A DNA stretch of 64,000 bases from a virus. The stretch covers positions 1 to 64,000 of the IMG/VR virus record IMGVR_UViG_3300031576_000008, one strand, 5' to 3'. This document shows, piece after piece, positions 25,605 through 35,752 of this stretch. The position numbers and the translations under genes are program-made. The notes beneath the pieces are model-generated. The model worked only from the letters and a program-made list of their open reading frames with translations. It searched no databases and was not told where the DNA came from. The number at the start of each line of letters is the position of its first letter. The stretch's first letter is position 1.

Positions 25605-25915
25605 ACGTCAAGACGGACAAGCGACAGGTACTCGCTCGGGATCGCCGGCAGCTTCTTCCAGAACTTCTCGCCGGGCTTCTCGCCAAAGAACTTCATCACG
25701 TCGGTCTTGGTGGGGCGCTTCGACCAGACAGCAACGAAGCGCACGGCCGACTTCCCGATCTCCACGACGAGCTGCTTGCGCTGCTTCATCGTCTCGAGCA
25801 GGATCTCGCCGAGCGCCTGCTTCTTGGTCTCGATCTTCTCGAGCTTCTTGGCGGTCCTCGCCCATTCCTTGGCGAGACGCCGCAGTCTCGAACCCGAACG
25901 CGTGTTGACAGACAT
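25601..25915 (-). CDS. Hypothetical basic protein
   Basis: AAGGAG RBS. Confidence 0.65.
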   Translation of the reverse strand: MSVNTRSGSRLRRLAKEWARTAKKLEKIETKKQALGEILLETMKQRKQLVVEIGKSAVRFVAVWSKRPTKTDVMKFFGEKPGEKFWKKLPAIPSEYLSLVRLDV

Positions 25916-26011
25916 GGAATCTCCTTCCTTGAATGGGAAAGGCGCTTTGACAGCGCCGGTCACTTGCGATGCGAACCGCTCTGGCGTGGCTCCGGTCGCT
26001 AACTCCTTCGG

Positions 26012-26248
26012 CTAAGCGTCGCACATGCACCGCCGGTCCAGCTCGCCCTCAAGCCAGACCAAGTGATGCTCGCCAAGCACGGCCTCGTTCTTCCGGTAAC
26101 CGACGATGTCGACCGACGGAGGATGGATGAAAATGTCATATCCACCCCGCAGGCCGTTCTTCAGGACCGTGCAACACTTTGTTTCGTGCTCGGCCCGTTC
26201 CCGGGCCTTCTGGTAGATGCAGTAGTTGCAGGGCTTCCGTTTGCCCAT
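26012..26248 (-). CDS. Hypothetical Cys-rich protein
   Basis: GGGAG RBS. Confidence 0.55.
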   Translation of the reverse strand: MGKRKPCNYCIYQKARERAEHETKCCTVLKNGLRGGYDIFIHPPSVDIVGYRKNEAVLGEHHLVWLEGELDRRCMCDA

Positions 26249-26357
26249 ATTCTCCCTCTCGTGGGGCCCAGTACTGCTATTCGTCCTCCGTCACGGCACG
26301 ACGTTCTTGCATTGTCAGGCGCTCCGCGCCCTTGGCCCACCGGCGTGGGTTGGCGCA

Positions 26358-26588
26358 TCAGCCGACGTAGCTGCGCGGCTTGGGCGTATCCTTGAATCTT
26401 GCCTGCGCCTTCGGATCATAAAAGCACGGGCACAACGTCGTCCCGTCATCGTTAGGGCTACGCACGACACGATAAAATGGACGCGGGTCACGCCGCCAGC
26501 CGTGGTCGTTCCAGTCGCTCTTGAGGCGCTTCAGGAACTTGTGCTTCGACCGCCAACGGCGATCGGCACGCTTCTTGGACTTCTCCAC
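26358..26588 (-). CDS. Hypothetical basic protein
   Basis: ORF. Confidence 0.4.
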   Translation of the reverse strand: MEKSKKRADRRWRSKHKFLKRLKSDWNDHGWRRDPRPFYRVVRSPNDDGTTLCPCFYDPKAQARFKDTPKPRSYVG

Positions 26589-26692
26589 TGAGACCGGCCT
26601 TTCTAGGCGCGCCCCGGCGGGACCATTCCCGGCGGGGCTGCGTCATGAGGCCGTCTCGTGCGACGTAGATCATGGTCACTCCTGATTCTATC

Positions 26693-27433
26693 CTAGATGA
26701 ACGTGACGTTCCCTTCGGTATGACAGACGACACCGCCATCGAGCATCTTCTTCCATTCCTCCTTCGTGGCTTTGCAATCCGCGAATGTCGAGGCATTCTC
26801 CGCCGCCCATGCGCAGAGCTCGTCGAGCGTCTTGAAGACGGGCGATATCGGGCTGCCTTCGCTCGTCGTCTCCCAGAGCTGATAGCCCTCGCCCGCAGGC
26901 GGCTCATAGTCCTTCCACGCGTCGTACTGCTCCTTGACGGCCGGATCGACATCCTCGCCCTTGCAGACCGAGCATTCCGTCCACTCGTAGGCGTGCTTCC
27001 TGCCGTTCTCGCCCTCCTCGTTTTTGATCCCGGCCATCTCGAGAAGCTTGAAGAAGAGAATGTGATCCGACCCAGTGAATCCGTAAGGCGGTTCGCCGTC
27101 AATCTTGGGCTCATGGCCGTCGTCAAGCAGCTTCCTGACGAGGTCAACCGCCTTCTGGCGAACTTCCTTCGGCTGGACCGCCCAGTCCGGATGTTCGCCC
27201 CGATAGGGAAGGTACGCGAGATAAGGATGCGACTCGCCGCGACGTGCGCTGTTCCCAACGACGCCGAACATTGATGCCAGATGGCTGAGATAGACAGCGG
27301 CCGCATTTTCGCCGTTGAAGCAGGTCTTCCCCTTCTCGGGGCAGGGCTTGGAGTGCGGATTGATGTAGCCCTTCCAGACCTTCTTGAGCGGCCAATCGAA
27401 GTCTGGCGCAATGCGCTTAAGATCACGACCCAT
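26693..27433 (-). CDS. Conserved phage hypothetical protein
   Basis: DFDWPLKKVWKGY..PPAGEGYQLWETTSEGSPISPVF. Confidence 0.8.
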   Translation of the reverse strand: MGRDLKRIAPDFDWPLKKVWKGYINPHSKPCPEKGKTCFNGENAAAVYLSHLASMFGVVGNSARRGESHPYLAYLPYRGEHPDWAVQPKEVRQKAVDLVRKLLDDGHEPKIDGEPPYGFTGSDHILFFKLLEMAGIKNEEGENGRKHAYEWTECSVCKGEDVDPAVKEQYDAWKDYEPPAGEGYQLWETTSEGSPISPVFKTLDELCAWAAENASTFADCKATKEEWKKMLDGGVVCHTEGNVTFI

Positions 27434-27917
27434 GAGGTTCTCCTTCCTCGTCCTTGAGATAAGCGGCGATCCTGCGAACATGCCCGATGAACTCGTCGGC
27501 AGTCATATCCGCCTTCATCGTGTTGCAGCCGATGCACGAAGGCACGAGATTCGGCGGATCATTCGTGCCGCCCCGCGAGATGGGGGTCAGATGGTCCACG
27601 CTCTCGTCCGGGCCCCCGCAGTAGAAACAGCACTTGTCGGAGAGCTTGCTCCGCTGCCGGCGGGCGAAGCTCTTGCGGATGGCCTGCTGATAGCCTTTGG
27701 CGACGCTTGCCCGGCCGCTCATGATGAGGGCAATCGTGCCGATGAGCCGCCCAACGGCGGCCCGCTGTTCGAGTGACAGTCCGGCTTGATCGAGCTCCTT
27801 GGCGTTCTCAGTCAATCTCGTGTAGATGTTCACGAGAGGATGCGTGTACGGCACCTGTTCGAAGAGCTTGGAACGCTTCAGGATCTCGATAAACGGGTCA
27901 TGTATGGCTTCCGTCAT
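27423..27917 (-). CDS. HNH endonuclease
   Basis: CFYCG..VDHLTPISRGG..NLVPSCIGCN..K. Confidence 0.9.
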   Translation of the reverse strand: MTEAIHDPFIEILKRSKLFEQVPYTHPLVNIYTRLTENAKELDQAGLSLEQRAAVGRLIGTIALIMSGRASVAKGYQQAIRKSFARRQRSKLSDKCCFYCGGPDESVDHLTPISRGGTNDPPNLVPSCIGCNTMKADMTADEFIGHVRRIAAYLKDEEGEPHGS

Positions 27918-27960
27918 TCATCCTCCCATTGGTTCTTCTCCCTCCTGCACCTAGACATCG

Positions 27961-28554
27961 TTAGGCCTGCTTCTGGGAATCGAGAATCTTCTGGAAATCC
28001 TCCATCAGTTTCGCCGTGACATCGAGCGCCCGTTTCACATCGGGGTCGTCATCTGCCTTGCCGGATCCGATCCTCTCGATGAGCTTCTTGAACCGGAGCA
28101 TGGGCGTCTCCGGCTGGCCGGCTCCATAAGCCATTAGCATCTCCACGAAGCCGTTCTCGATGAATTTCTGCGGAACCGAGAATTCGATCGAGGCGTACGT
28201 GCTGTCGAAGTCATCGTCATAGTCGGTGACGTAGTTTGGATGCCGCTTCAGGATCTCGAAGACGTAGTTGTACGAGCTCCGGTTGCCGCCACCATTGCGG
28301 GTGAAGAGGACAATCTTCTTGCCGTCGTTCGAGAGATAGATGTCCCGGAAGCGGCCGGTCGGCCAGCACTTGGAGCTGACGCATTCGGCATACCAGTCCT
28401 CGGCCTCCTTGTCGGTCGGGAAGCTGTGGTCGGACGGCGACCAGTCCTCCGGCTGGCCTTTGAGCGCCGGGAGCTTTCTCACATCAAGGTCGAGCATCGT
28501 CATCAGAAGCGCAGTGAAGCGATTGCGACCCATGAGCATGTTGTAGAGGGACAT
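27961..28554 (-). CDS. Conserved phage hypothetical protein
   Basis: GRFRD..TRNGGGNR..HPNY..DDDFDSTYA. Confidence 0.8.
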   Translation of the reverse strand: MSLYNMLMGRNRFTALLMTMLDLDVRKLPALKGQPEDWSPSDHSFPTDKEAEDWYAECVSSKCWPTGRFRDIYLSNDGKKIVLFTRNGGGNRSSYNYVFEILKRHPNYVTDYDDDFDSTYASIEFSVPQKFIENGFVEMLMAYGAGQPETPMLRFKKLIERIGSGKADDDPDVKRALDVTAKLMEDFQKILDSQKQA

Positions 28555-28574
28555 GGAATCTCCTTGGAGGTGAG

Positions 28575-29234
28575 CTACTTGGGGTTGACGTCGAAGACGT
28601 GGGGCGGGTTGGTGGGCACGTAGCCCTCGTCCATCATGGCGCAGTTGAAATACCGGATGCCGCCGACCTCACGCTTGCCGTAGGCGCAATGGATGTGCCC
28701 GAAGATGTGCGCCTGCGGCTTGATCTCGGTGAGCCGATGGGACAGAGCCGTGCATCCCAGATACTCATACTTGGGATGCCAGTCGAGAATGCCGTGCGGA
28801 GGCGCGTGCGTGATGAGGACATCGGTTTCGACAGGAATGGCAGCCCACTTGTCCTTGCGGCCCGCTGTCGGCATGAAAAAGGCCATGCCATCCAGATTGG
28901 GGACCCATGGGCTTCCGTAGAAGCGGACTCCATCGATTGTGATGCCCGAGTCCTCCAAGTACTTGATGCGCGTCATCAGGGCGCGCGACTGCTCCTTGCG
29001 TATGTCCAGACACCAATCGTGGTTGCCGCCGATCATGAGGACATGCTTGTAGGGCAGCTGGCCCACGAAGTGATTGAGGCTCTCGAGCTTGGGGAGCTGG
29101 TAATCGGCATTGCGGCCGGCATGCATGCTGAAGTCATCGGGCAGGAGGTCGCCGGCGAGGACGAGGATATCGCCGGGTGGGAAGTCGATCTTGCTCCATT
29201 CCCCATGGACGTCCGAAATGGCAACGATTCTCAT
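28575..29234 (-). CDS. Calcineurin-like metallophosphoesterase
   Basis: SDVH, AGD, GNHD, THAPP, FGHIH. Confidence 0.92.
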   Translation of the reverse strand: MRIVAISDVHGEWSKIDFPPGDILVLAGDLLPDDFSMHAGRNADYQLPKLESLNHFVGQLPYKHVLMIGGNHDWCLDIRKEQSRALMTRIKYLEDSGITIDGVRFYGSPWVPNLDGMAFFMPTAGRKDKWAAIPVETDVLITHAPPHGILDWHPKYEYLGCTALSHRLTEIKPQAHIFGHIHCAYGKREVGGIRYFNCAMMDEGYVPTNPPHVFDVNPK

Positions 29235-29437
29235 GATCCGTCTTTCCTATTTGGGCTCCTTCTCATAAAGGTCACCAGCGTCAGGGCCGCTCTCGGCGGC
29301 GATCTGGCGCGCGACTTCCGAGGGGGAACAGCGGCTACAGTACTTGTGGAGCTGCCCGTCGTTCCCTTCCTCGGACATCCTGCTCGTCACGAACCCGCAC
29401 GAGCAGCACCAGTCGTCGAAGACGCACTTGCAAGCTT

Positions 29438-30154
29438 TCACTTCTGCATCCTCCTCTCGGCAGCCAGCTTCTTGTAAAACGCGAGATCCTCCGGCGGAAT
29501 GACCTGATCGAGAGTCTTGTTGTACCGGTGGCGCGTCTCGAAGAAGGCGTCGGTCGAGATGCCGTAGTAAGTCGTCCAGAGGTGGCCACGCCCATGGCGG
29601 ATGACGATGACAAGCTCGGGTTCGACGGCCCGGATATGGGGTGCGCCGTTGTGATCGCGCAGGAACCAATAGTCCTCACGGAGGGACAGATCCCGGAACT
29701 TCGCCTTCTCCCAAAGCCCCTTCGAGAAAAGAAAGGCATTGCCAAAGAACATGCCATAGCCGGAGAACTTGAGCTCATCCAGATGGCTGAGATAGATGAG
29801 GCAGCAGCCGACCGACGCGATGGACGTCTCGGAGCCAGCGATCGTCTTCACCATTTCCCCCAGAAATTTGGGGGAATAGTAGTCGTCGTCATCCATCTTC
29901 TGGATGAAATTGCCCTTGGCCTCACCGATCCCGAGATTCATCTTGAGCCCGACCGACATCCCCTTGGGGGATTCGACCCGGCGGACACCTTCGGGCTTCT
30001 CTGGCCATGGCTCGTCGCTATCGTCGACAACGACCAGCTCCTTCTCGGGATAGGTCTGGCGCTCCCAGTACTTGAGCGCCTGTGCGAGAAAATCCCGCCG
30101 GCCGGCGTACGTGGCCATCACGCAGGAAATCATCATCTCAGGCTGTCCTTCCAT
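29438..30154 (-). CDS. Glycosyltransferase family 2
   Basis: SCVMAT..QTY..VVDD..MDDDD..ED. Confidence 0.88.
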   Translation of the reverse strand: MEGQPEMMISCVMATYAGRRDFLAQALKYWERQTYPEKELVVVDDSDEPWPEKPEGVRRVESPKGMSVGLKMNLGIGEAKGNFIQKMDDDDYYSPKFLGEMVKTIAGSETSIASVGCCLIYLSHLDELKFSGYGMFFGNAFLFSKGLWEKAKFRDLSLREDYWFLRDHNGAPHIRAVEPELVIVIRHGRGHLWTTYYGISTDAFFETRHRYNKTLDQVIPPEDLAFYKKLAAERRMQK

Positions 30155-30603
30155 GACTCGTGAACGATCTCGACCTGCAACTCGCAGGCCGTGCAGCGGT
30201 AGAACTCCCGGAAGAGCGGCTTCCCATTAGCATACGACATGCCGGTGGTGAGTTCACCTTTCGCATCCCGGATCTCTCGCACGACAGATCCGCCGCATCC
30301 ACAGCATGAGTAGATGTAGCTCTCGAAACAGGACGGGAACCCTACAAGGACACGCTGTTCATGGGTGTACCAGATGTTGTTGTAGCGGCGCTCCTGCGTA
30401 AATCTAAAGTTGCATGGATTGCAGCAGGCTCGCCTCCAAACATGATTGACGTCCTTGCCCTTCGGATCACCCACCATCGTCCGCTCGCTGCCAATGTCCG
30501 TGATGTCGGACCCATGGCAGAGCGGGCAGAACATTTCATGCTTGAGGTATGGGTCTGGCGCTTGTGTCACCAGACACTTGATGGCGTCATAAAGACGGTT
30601 CAC
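30133..30603 (-). CDS. Hypothetical multi-Zn-ribbon protein
   Basis: Four CxxC pairs, GTG start inferred. Confidence 0.55.
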   Translation of the reverse strand: MNRLYDAIKCLVTQAPDPYLKHEMFCPLCHGSDITDIGSERTMVGDPKGKDVNHVWRRACCNPCNFRFTQERRYNNIWYTHEQRVLVGFPSCFESYIYSCCGCGGSVVREIRDAKGELTTGMSYANGKPLFREFYRCTACELQVEIVHESWKDSLR

Positions 30604-30758
30604 GAGTACTCCAAAAATAAGGGAAGCCGGCTGCTCACGGTACGCCGGGAACTTCCAGCCCGTGGCTGGGCTAAGCCCTCTGCTGCGCCGACTTCGCCAC
30701 AACAGCGCCAGAGTACATGAGCTACTAACGCCCCCGACAATCACCGGCCTCCCACGGA

Positions 30759-31064
30759 CTATGCTTTGGGCGGCGGCATCCCGCGATTGGCCTCCCACAT
30801 CAGGTGGAGCAGATTCTTTAGAGCCTCTTCATTCGCCGGATCACTGCGCCATGCCTCGGCCTCGTTCTCGAACAGCAGTCCGAAGTCCTTGACCCGGCGA
30901 AACGACGGGTGCCATGACAAGGATACGACATACCCGTGGAAGAAGACTTCGAACTTGAAGCACGGCTTGAGGCACAGGTACATGCCGCTGGGCCGTTCCG
31001 GACCGTAGACGAAGCCCCAGATTTTTGCATCCGGGAAGCTGAACTTGCGGAATGCCTTCGGCAC
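30759..31064 (-). CDS. Hypothetical protein
   Basis: GGAGG RBS. Confidence 0.6.
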   Translation of the reverse strand: MPKAFRKFSFPDAKIWGFVYGPERPSGMYLCLKPCFKFEVFFHGYVVSLSWHPSFRRVKDFGLLFENEAEAWRSDPANEEALKNLLHLMWEANRGMPPPKA

Positions 31065-31073
31065 CGGAGCCTC

Positions 31074-31499
31074 CTAACGCTTGGGCAGCTTGGGCGGTAT
31101 TTGGGAGATCCCGAGCGACTCCGCCAATGCCTTCGGCTTGATCTTCTCATTCGGCACGGCCACCATCATGAACCCCCGGATCTTCTTCTCCGGATCGGGG
31201 CCGATGCCGCCCTCCGTCTTGCAGCCCAGCAGCCGGAAGACCGCACAGAACTGGTGGAACTGCCACGGCTCGTCGTACCAGACGGATTCACGCACGGGGA
31301 AAGTGGAACTGACCACCTTCGAGACCTTGTGCCATCCTTCTGGATCCTTCTTCAGCTCCACGACGTCGTCGATGTTGAGGTCGCCGGAGAAGGGAATGTT
31401 TCTGATGCGCGCGAGATTGGGGGCCAGAAGTTCAGCCCATCCAGATTCGCCGTGGGCAAACTTGACCTTGATCATCCGGTCGTTTTCGCTTTTGGGCAT
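31074..31499 (-). CDS. Hypothetical protein
   Basis: GGAG RBS. Confidence 0.65.
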   Translation of the reverse strand: MPKSENDRMIKVKFAHGESGWAELLAPNLARIRNIPFSGDLNIDDVVELKKDPEGWHKVSKVVSSTFPVRESVWYDEPWQFHQFCAVFRLLGCKTEGGIGPDPEKKIRGFMMVAVPNEKIKPKALAESLGISQIPPKLPKR

Positions 31500-31605
31500 G
31501 CTGACTCCATTGCAGGATCATGGGTCTTCAGGTATAAGGATGGAGAGCAAAAGGTTCTCCTTCCTTTTCTCACGAGCGCGGGTCCCGGTTGCGAAAACCG
31601 GGACC

Positions 31606-31908
31606 CTATTTTTCCTTGTACACCTTCCGGCGGATCTCCTTGCCCAAGGCCACGACTGCCTTGTCCATAACCTTTCCGCCGTAGGGACAGGTCCGGCAGA
31701 TCGCGAATGCCTCGACCGGACGCCGGCCGGAGATCTTGTAGACCTCTTGGGCCGTATCCTGAGCACCCATGCCGCCGTCAAATTCGAAGTGGCAGCATAC
31801 GGAGCAGATCTTCCCAACAAGCGGGCACTTGAAGTGATCGTCTATCCCCTTGCCCATGTCCTTGTGGTCCTTGCAGCTGCAGAGTGCACAAAAGACCTTC
31901 TTACTCAT
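31606..31908 (-). CDS. Hypothetical Cys-rich protein
   Basis: Coupled ORF. Confidence 0.6.
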   Translation of the reverse strand: MSKKVFCALCSCKDHKDMGKGIDDHFKCPLVGKICSVCCHFEFDGGMGAQDTAQEVYKISGRRPVEAFAICRTCPYGGKVMDKAVVALGKEIRRKVYKEK

Positions 31909-32219
31909 GCTTTCTCCCTCTCTTTCGCCAAAGCCCAGAATTTCTCAACATTCACCAGCGCCATTTCCATGTTCCGGCGGCCGACCGGATTGGCGCTATG
32001 GATCGCCCACTTGAGGTGCGGAAGCCTGCCCATTGCAGCAGCCCATTCCATCCACTTGGTCACGAAGTAGCCGGTACCTCCATCCTCGCCGAGATCGTGA
32101 TCAAGGGATATCTCGGTGACCTTGCCGCCCTCAAGCAGCTTGATGGCTTCTCCAGCCGTCTTGACATGCACATCGAATCCGGCCGGCATCGGCCGAAGAT
32201 CGTCCAACCAAAGTTTCAT
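31905..32219 (-). CDS. Cyclic-phosphate-processing receiver-domain protein
   Basis: LWLDDLR..ISLDHDLG..TGY..IHSANPVG. Confidence 0.85.
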   Translation of the reverse strand: MKLWLDDLRPMPAGFDVHVKTAGEAIKLLEGGKVTEISLDHDLGEDGGTGYFVTKWMEWAAAMGRLPHLKWAIHSANPVGRRNMEMALVNVEKFWALAKEREKA

Positions 32220-32279
32220 GTCGCACCCAGACGAGGCTGGCCCCGGGGAAGACCCGGGGCCAGCCGTGAGCAGGACCTG

Positions 32280-32945
32280 TTAGCCCTTGAACTCGAGGAG
32301 CGGCGGGCGATCGTCGACGTCGCCGTTGGCGATCTTGTCGAGCTGGTGCGCGAGGTCCTTGGACATCGGCAGCTTCGAATTCACCTTGGCGATGTCGACG
32401 GACTCGTGGTACGTCTCGGCCATCGACTTCGTCTTCTTGGCGGTCGACCACAGGTAGAACATCAGGTCTTCCGGCTCGCCGACCGCGAGCTTGAGCGTCT
32501 GGACGTCCACCATCGCCTGAATGTAGAAGACGTCCTCGCTCTTCTTCTCGGTGGTCGGGATCCACGTCATGAGCGGCTTGATGCTGGCAGCGGTGTAGAG
32601 TTTCTCGATGTCGGTACGGAAGCCACGGATCCCGTTGCGAAGCACCGTGCACTTGTCGCGGTAGAGGGCTTCCGTCACCTCCTCGTAGTCCTCCTTGTCG
32701 CGGAACTTGCGGGAGAAGCGGACGCACTCCTTCTTGTACTCGTCCTGAAGCGTGCTCTTCGACATCAGGTCCTCGAAGCGGAAGCAGCCGGCGTCGCGCC
32801 CGACGCGGTGCTCGACGATGAGCTGGCGGTTGCTACCGTCCTTCGCCCTCATCCGGACCGCGCCGATCCGGAACAGCTTGTCCAGCTTCTCCACGATCAG
32901 CGACCCCCGAACCCTCTTCCTCGACTCTGCCGTGCCCGTCGCCAT
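32280..32945 (-). CDS. Hypothetical protein
   Basis: AAGGA RBS, followed by GC hairpin at 32235-32264. Confidence 0.7.
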   Translation of the reverse strand: MATGTAESRKRVRGSLIVEKLDKLFRIGAVRMRAKDGSNRQLIVEHRVGRDAGCFRFEDLMSKSTLQDEYKKECVRFSRKFRDKEDYEEVTEALYRDKCTVLRNGIRGFRTDIEKLYTAASIKPLMTWIPTTEKKSEDVFYIQAMVDVQTLKLAVGEPEDLMFYLWSTAKKTKSMAETYHESVDIAKVNSKLPMSKDLAHQLDKIANGDVDDRPPLLEFKG

Positions 32946-33693
32946 GCTGGGTTTCCTTTCTGGAAGCCGTGATATCGGACTTCCTGTTGGTGAAGTTCAT
33001 GTACTGCAGAATCTCGTTCCAGTACCGGTGCCCGTACTCGTCCAACTTCTCGTAAAGGTCCTTCGTGGCATAGCGCGCATTCCAGATGGTGGTGTAGATC
33101 TTGGCATGCATCCTGCCCTTGTCGAACACGGAGAAGGGGAGCGTGTCAAAGACCAACCGCATCTTGAAGATGGCGTCATGCACCGCCTTGATGGCGTCAT
33201 TGACCATCTTCTCATTGAAGAGCTGCTCGACCTGCTTGGCGTCGTTCTGCTGTTCTCGTGGGGCGATTTGTCCTGTGGCCCGCATGACGGCCTCGGCCAT
33301 GAGGCAGCCGTCCTTCATGTAGGCCTTGATCTTGGCTACCACCGTGGGCGTGAGTCCTTGCTCGACTATCAGCTCGGCCAGCATGTCCCGGTTCTCGGTC
33401 GAGAGATCCCCAAAACCAAGCTCGGTGAGGATGCCGAACGAGATCTTTCCGGCAAGGAACATGTTGAACACCTTGTCGCTCGGCTTGCCCGCCACAATGG
33501 TGTAATCGCGGAGGGTCTTGGACGAGATGTGCTTGAATTCGGGGTCATCGGCCAGACGGTCTTGGATTTCCTTCCACGGCATCGCTTCGTCGTCGCCACG
33601 GATCGCCAGCGCCTTCTGGCGCAGGCTCGCCATCATCTTGGGCGTAAACTTCTGGGAGAACATCCCATCAGCCCGCTTCTTTCGCTCTGCCAT
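32833..33693 (-). CDS. Hypothetical protein, ParB-HTH-like central region
   Basis: GKISFG..EL..LAE-x-IVEQGLT pattern. Confidence 0.6.
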   Translation of the reverse strand: MAERKKRADGMFSQKFTPKMMASLRQKALAIRGDDEAMPWKEIQDRLADDPEFKHISSKTLRDYTIVAGKPSDKVFNMFLAGKISFGILTELGFGDLSTENRDMLAELIVEQGLTPTVVAKIKAYMKDGCLMAEAVMRATGQIAPREQQNDAKQVEQLFNEKMVNDAIKAVHDAIFKMRLVFDTLPFSVFDKGRMHAKIYTTIWNARYATKDLYEKLDEYGHRYWNEILQYMNFTNRKSDITASRKETQHGDGHGRVEEEGSGVADRGEAGQAVPDRRGPDEGEGR

Positions 33694-33726
33694 AAGATTA
33701 GCCTCGTTTCATATCCGTCACCTCCG

Positions 33727-35343
33727 TTATTGCCAGCGGGTCGGAATGTGCGCATCGAGATCGGTGCCATTGCGCTTCGCATTCTTGCATGGCTTACAGT
33801 ACTTTGGCGTCCTGAAGTCGCCGAACTTCTCGAACAGCCACTGCTTCTCCCCCTTGGTGAACACGAAGTTCGTCCCGCACTCGAAGCAGACGCAGCTCTC
33901 GTCTTCCAGAGACCCGCGCATCTGGATCGCGATCTTCCGATAGGGGACGTCGCCAAGCGCAGACCACGCGAGCCCGTCCCATTCCTCTGAAGTGAAGATC
34001 CCCTTCGGGAGTGGCTTGGAGGGGAGGCCCGCCTTCTTGAGGCGGTCGCAGATTTCCTGTTGGGCAACAGCATCCCAAAGACGGCCCGGCATGAGACTCT
34101 TCTGCAGCTTGAGCTGATCGGGCATGAGTTCGCATCTCTCGATCTTGCCGAGGACCTTCTTGAGGCTCTCCTCAGGCGACGAGACCGTAGAGGGCTGTTG
34201 TGCTCCATTCGATAGCGGCGTCACGGACTTCTGGACCAATGCTGGAGCCAGCCCAGCAAGGGGCACGTAATCGGTCGACAGCTTCTCGACAATGGACGGC
34301 TTGTGCTCAGGCTTGGGTTCGGGCGCGGAAGCCGGCTTCGGTGCTTCCTTTGCCGCAGGCTTCAGCTCGGCCTTCTTGGGAGCTTCCGGTGTAGTTGTAA
34401 GTTGAGGATTGATAGGTGTCAGCTGAATTGAGGGGTCACGCTCAATCACCCAGCCTTGGTTTTCCACCTCCTTGATGATCTTGAGCTCGATGGCGTTCTT
34501 CACCATCACCATCGCATACGTGCGGCTGGGAGGCTTGCCATCCAGCGTGAAGAATTCCTTGTACTTCTGAAGCTCCCCGGCAATCCCCCATTTGGAAGAG
34601 TGTGGCCCGGGATGCAAGCCGGCGATGAAAAGCGTCATCTTCGTCGCCTGCGACTCCTTCCGGGCCGGAGGCTTTGGAGCGGCTTCGGCATCGACCTTGT
34701 AGTCGGAGCCGGCCGCCAGACGCTTCCATGTCGTGCCGACGGTGTTGGCGAGGACGCCCTTGACCTTGAGCTCATCCGAGGCGATGAGCTTCGCCAGTGC
34801 CTGCTCCGAGATCGACAGCTCCTCGGCAAGGATGGGGAAAAGTTCAACCTGATCGAGTTTCTCATCAGGCAGCATAAGCGACTTCACGACCTCAATCAGG
34901 CGCTTGCCGTAGTTGGCCCAGAGATCTTCGACCGTCCAATCATCCGGAGAGTCCTTCTGGGACGGCGACTGGACTTCAGTCTTGGGCTTCTCGACCTCGG
35001 TCTCCTCGGCTTCTTCGACCTTCTCCGTCAGGTACGGATCGATGCGTTCCTTGAACTTGTTCTTGTCGTTGGAGTGTTTGATGAGTCCGGCAAGGATGTA
35101 GTTTCCTGTTTTGGATTGAATGAGTGGTAGTTTTCGCTTTTGGGCTATGTCCTGCGCAATTCGCCATGCAGGCCTGCCCAACCATCGCGTCAGCGCCACG
35201 ATGACCTCGACGTCGGGGGCAACGCTCGTCGGGAACGTCTCCCTTGTAGAGGGCACGTGGACGTAATCGATCGCCTCACGCACCACCTTGGGGATGTTCC
35301 GACGTTCGTCACCTCCAACGATGAGAGCCCGGATCTTTTGCAT
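33727..35343 (-). CDS. Multidomain protein: DUF2325-like N-terminus, zf-trcl-like Zn ribbon C-terminus
   Basis: ALIVGG..VIV..LPLIQ and CFECG..FVFTKGE..PKYCKPC. Confidence 0.7.
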   Translation of the reverse strand: MQKIRALIVGGDERRNIPKVVREAIDYVHVPSTRETFPTSVAPDVEVIVALTRWLGRPAWRIAQDIAQKRKLPLIQSKTGNYILAGLIKHSNDKNKFKERIDPYLTEKVEEAEETEVEKPKTEVQSPSQKDSPDDWTVEDLWANYGKRLIEVVKSLMLPDEKLDQVELFPILAEELSISEQALAKLIASDELKVKGVLANTVGTTWKRLAAGSDYKVDAEAAPKPPARKESQATKMTLFIAGLHPGPHSSKWGIAGELQKYKEFFTLDGKPPSRTYAMVMVKNAIELKIIKEVENQGWVIERDPSIQLTPINPQLTTTPEAPKKAELKPAAKEAPKPASAPEPKPEHKPSIVEKLSTDYVPLAGLAPALVQKSVTPLSNGAQQPSTVSSPEESLKKVLGKIERCELMPDQLKLQKSLMPGRLWDAVAQQEICDRLKKAGLPSKPLPKGIFTSEEWDGLAWSALGDVPYRKIAIQMRGSLEDESCVCFECGTNFVFTKGEKQWLFEKFGDFRTPKYCKPCKNAKRNGTDLDAHIPTRWQ

Positions 35344-35404
35344 GCGGTTCTCCTGTCCTCACGAGTTCACCTTATATCATGACACCGTGCCGGATGCCAT
35401 CAGT

Positions 35405-35635
35405 TCATGAGTCTTCCCCCGGGATGATGGGCTCGATCTCCTCCGTCGGCTCGCCGTCGAACAGCTTGGCCACCGGGATGATGACTGTCTTCCCCTCCTT
35501 TTCGAACTTCATGCACAGCACGGTAACGGTGTCGCGCGTGGTGACATAGCGGCATTCCATCAGGACGGTGCGGCCCTCGGCGAAAGCGTCCCGCAGGGCT
35601 TGGACGAGCTTCTTGTGATCATCGGGGATGGACAT
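35405..35635 (-). CDS. Hypothetical protein
   Basis: GAGG RBS. Confidence 0.65.
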   Translation of the reverse strand: MSIPDDHKKLVQALRDAFAEGRTVLMECRYVTTRDTVTVLCMKFEKEGKTVIIPVAKLFDGEPTEEIEPIIPGEDS

Positions 35636-35752
35636 GGTTCCCTCAGGTTAACACCTCGCGCGTTGGAGGTCTGCGCCTCCACCCAGCACAGGCACGGAAA
35701 GGTTAGTAACCCCACCAGCGCAAGGCCGCGCGAGGCGCGCTCATTCTAGACA

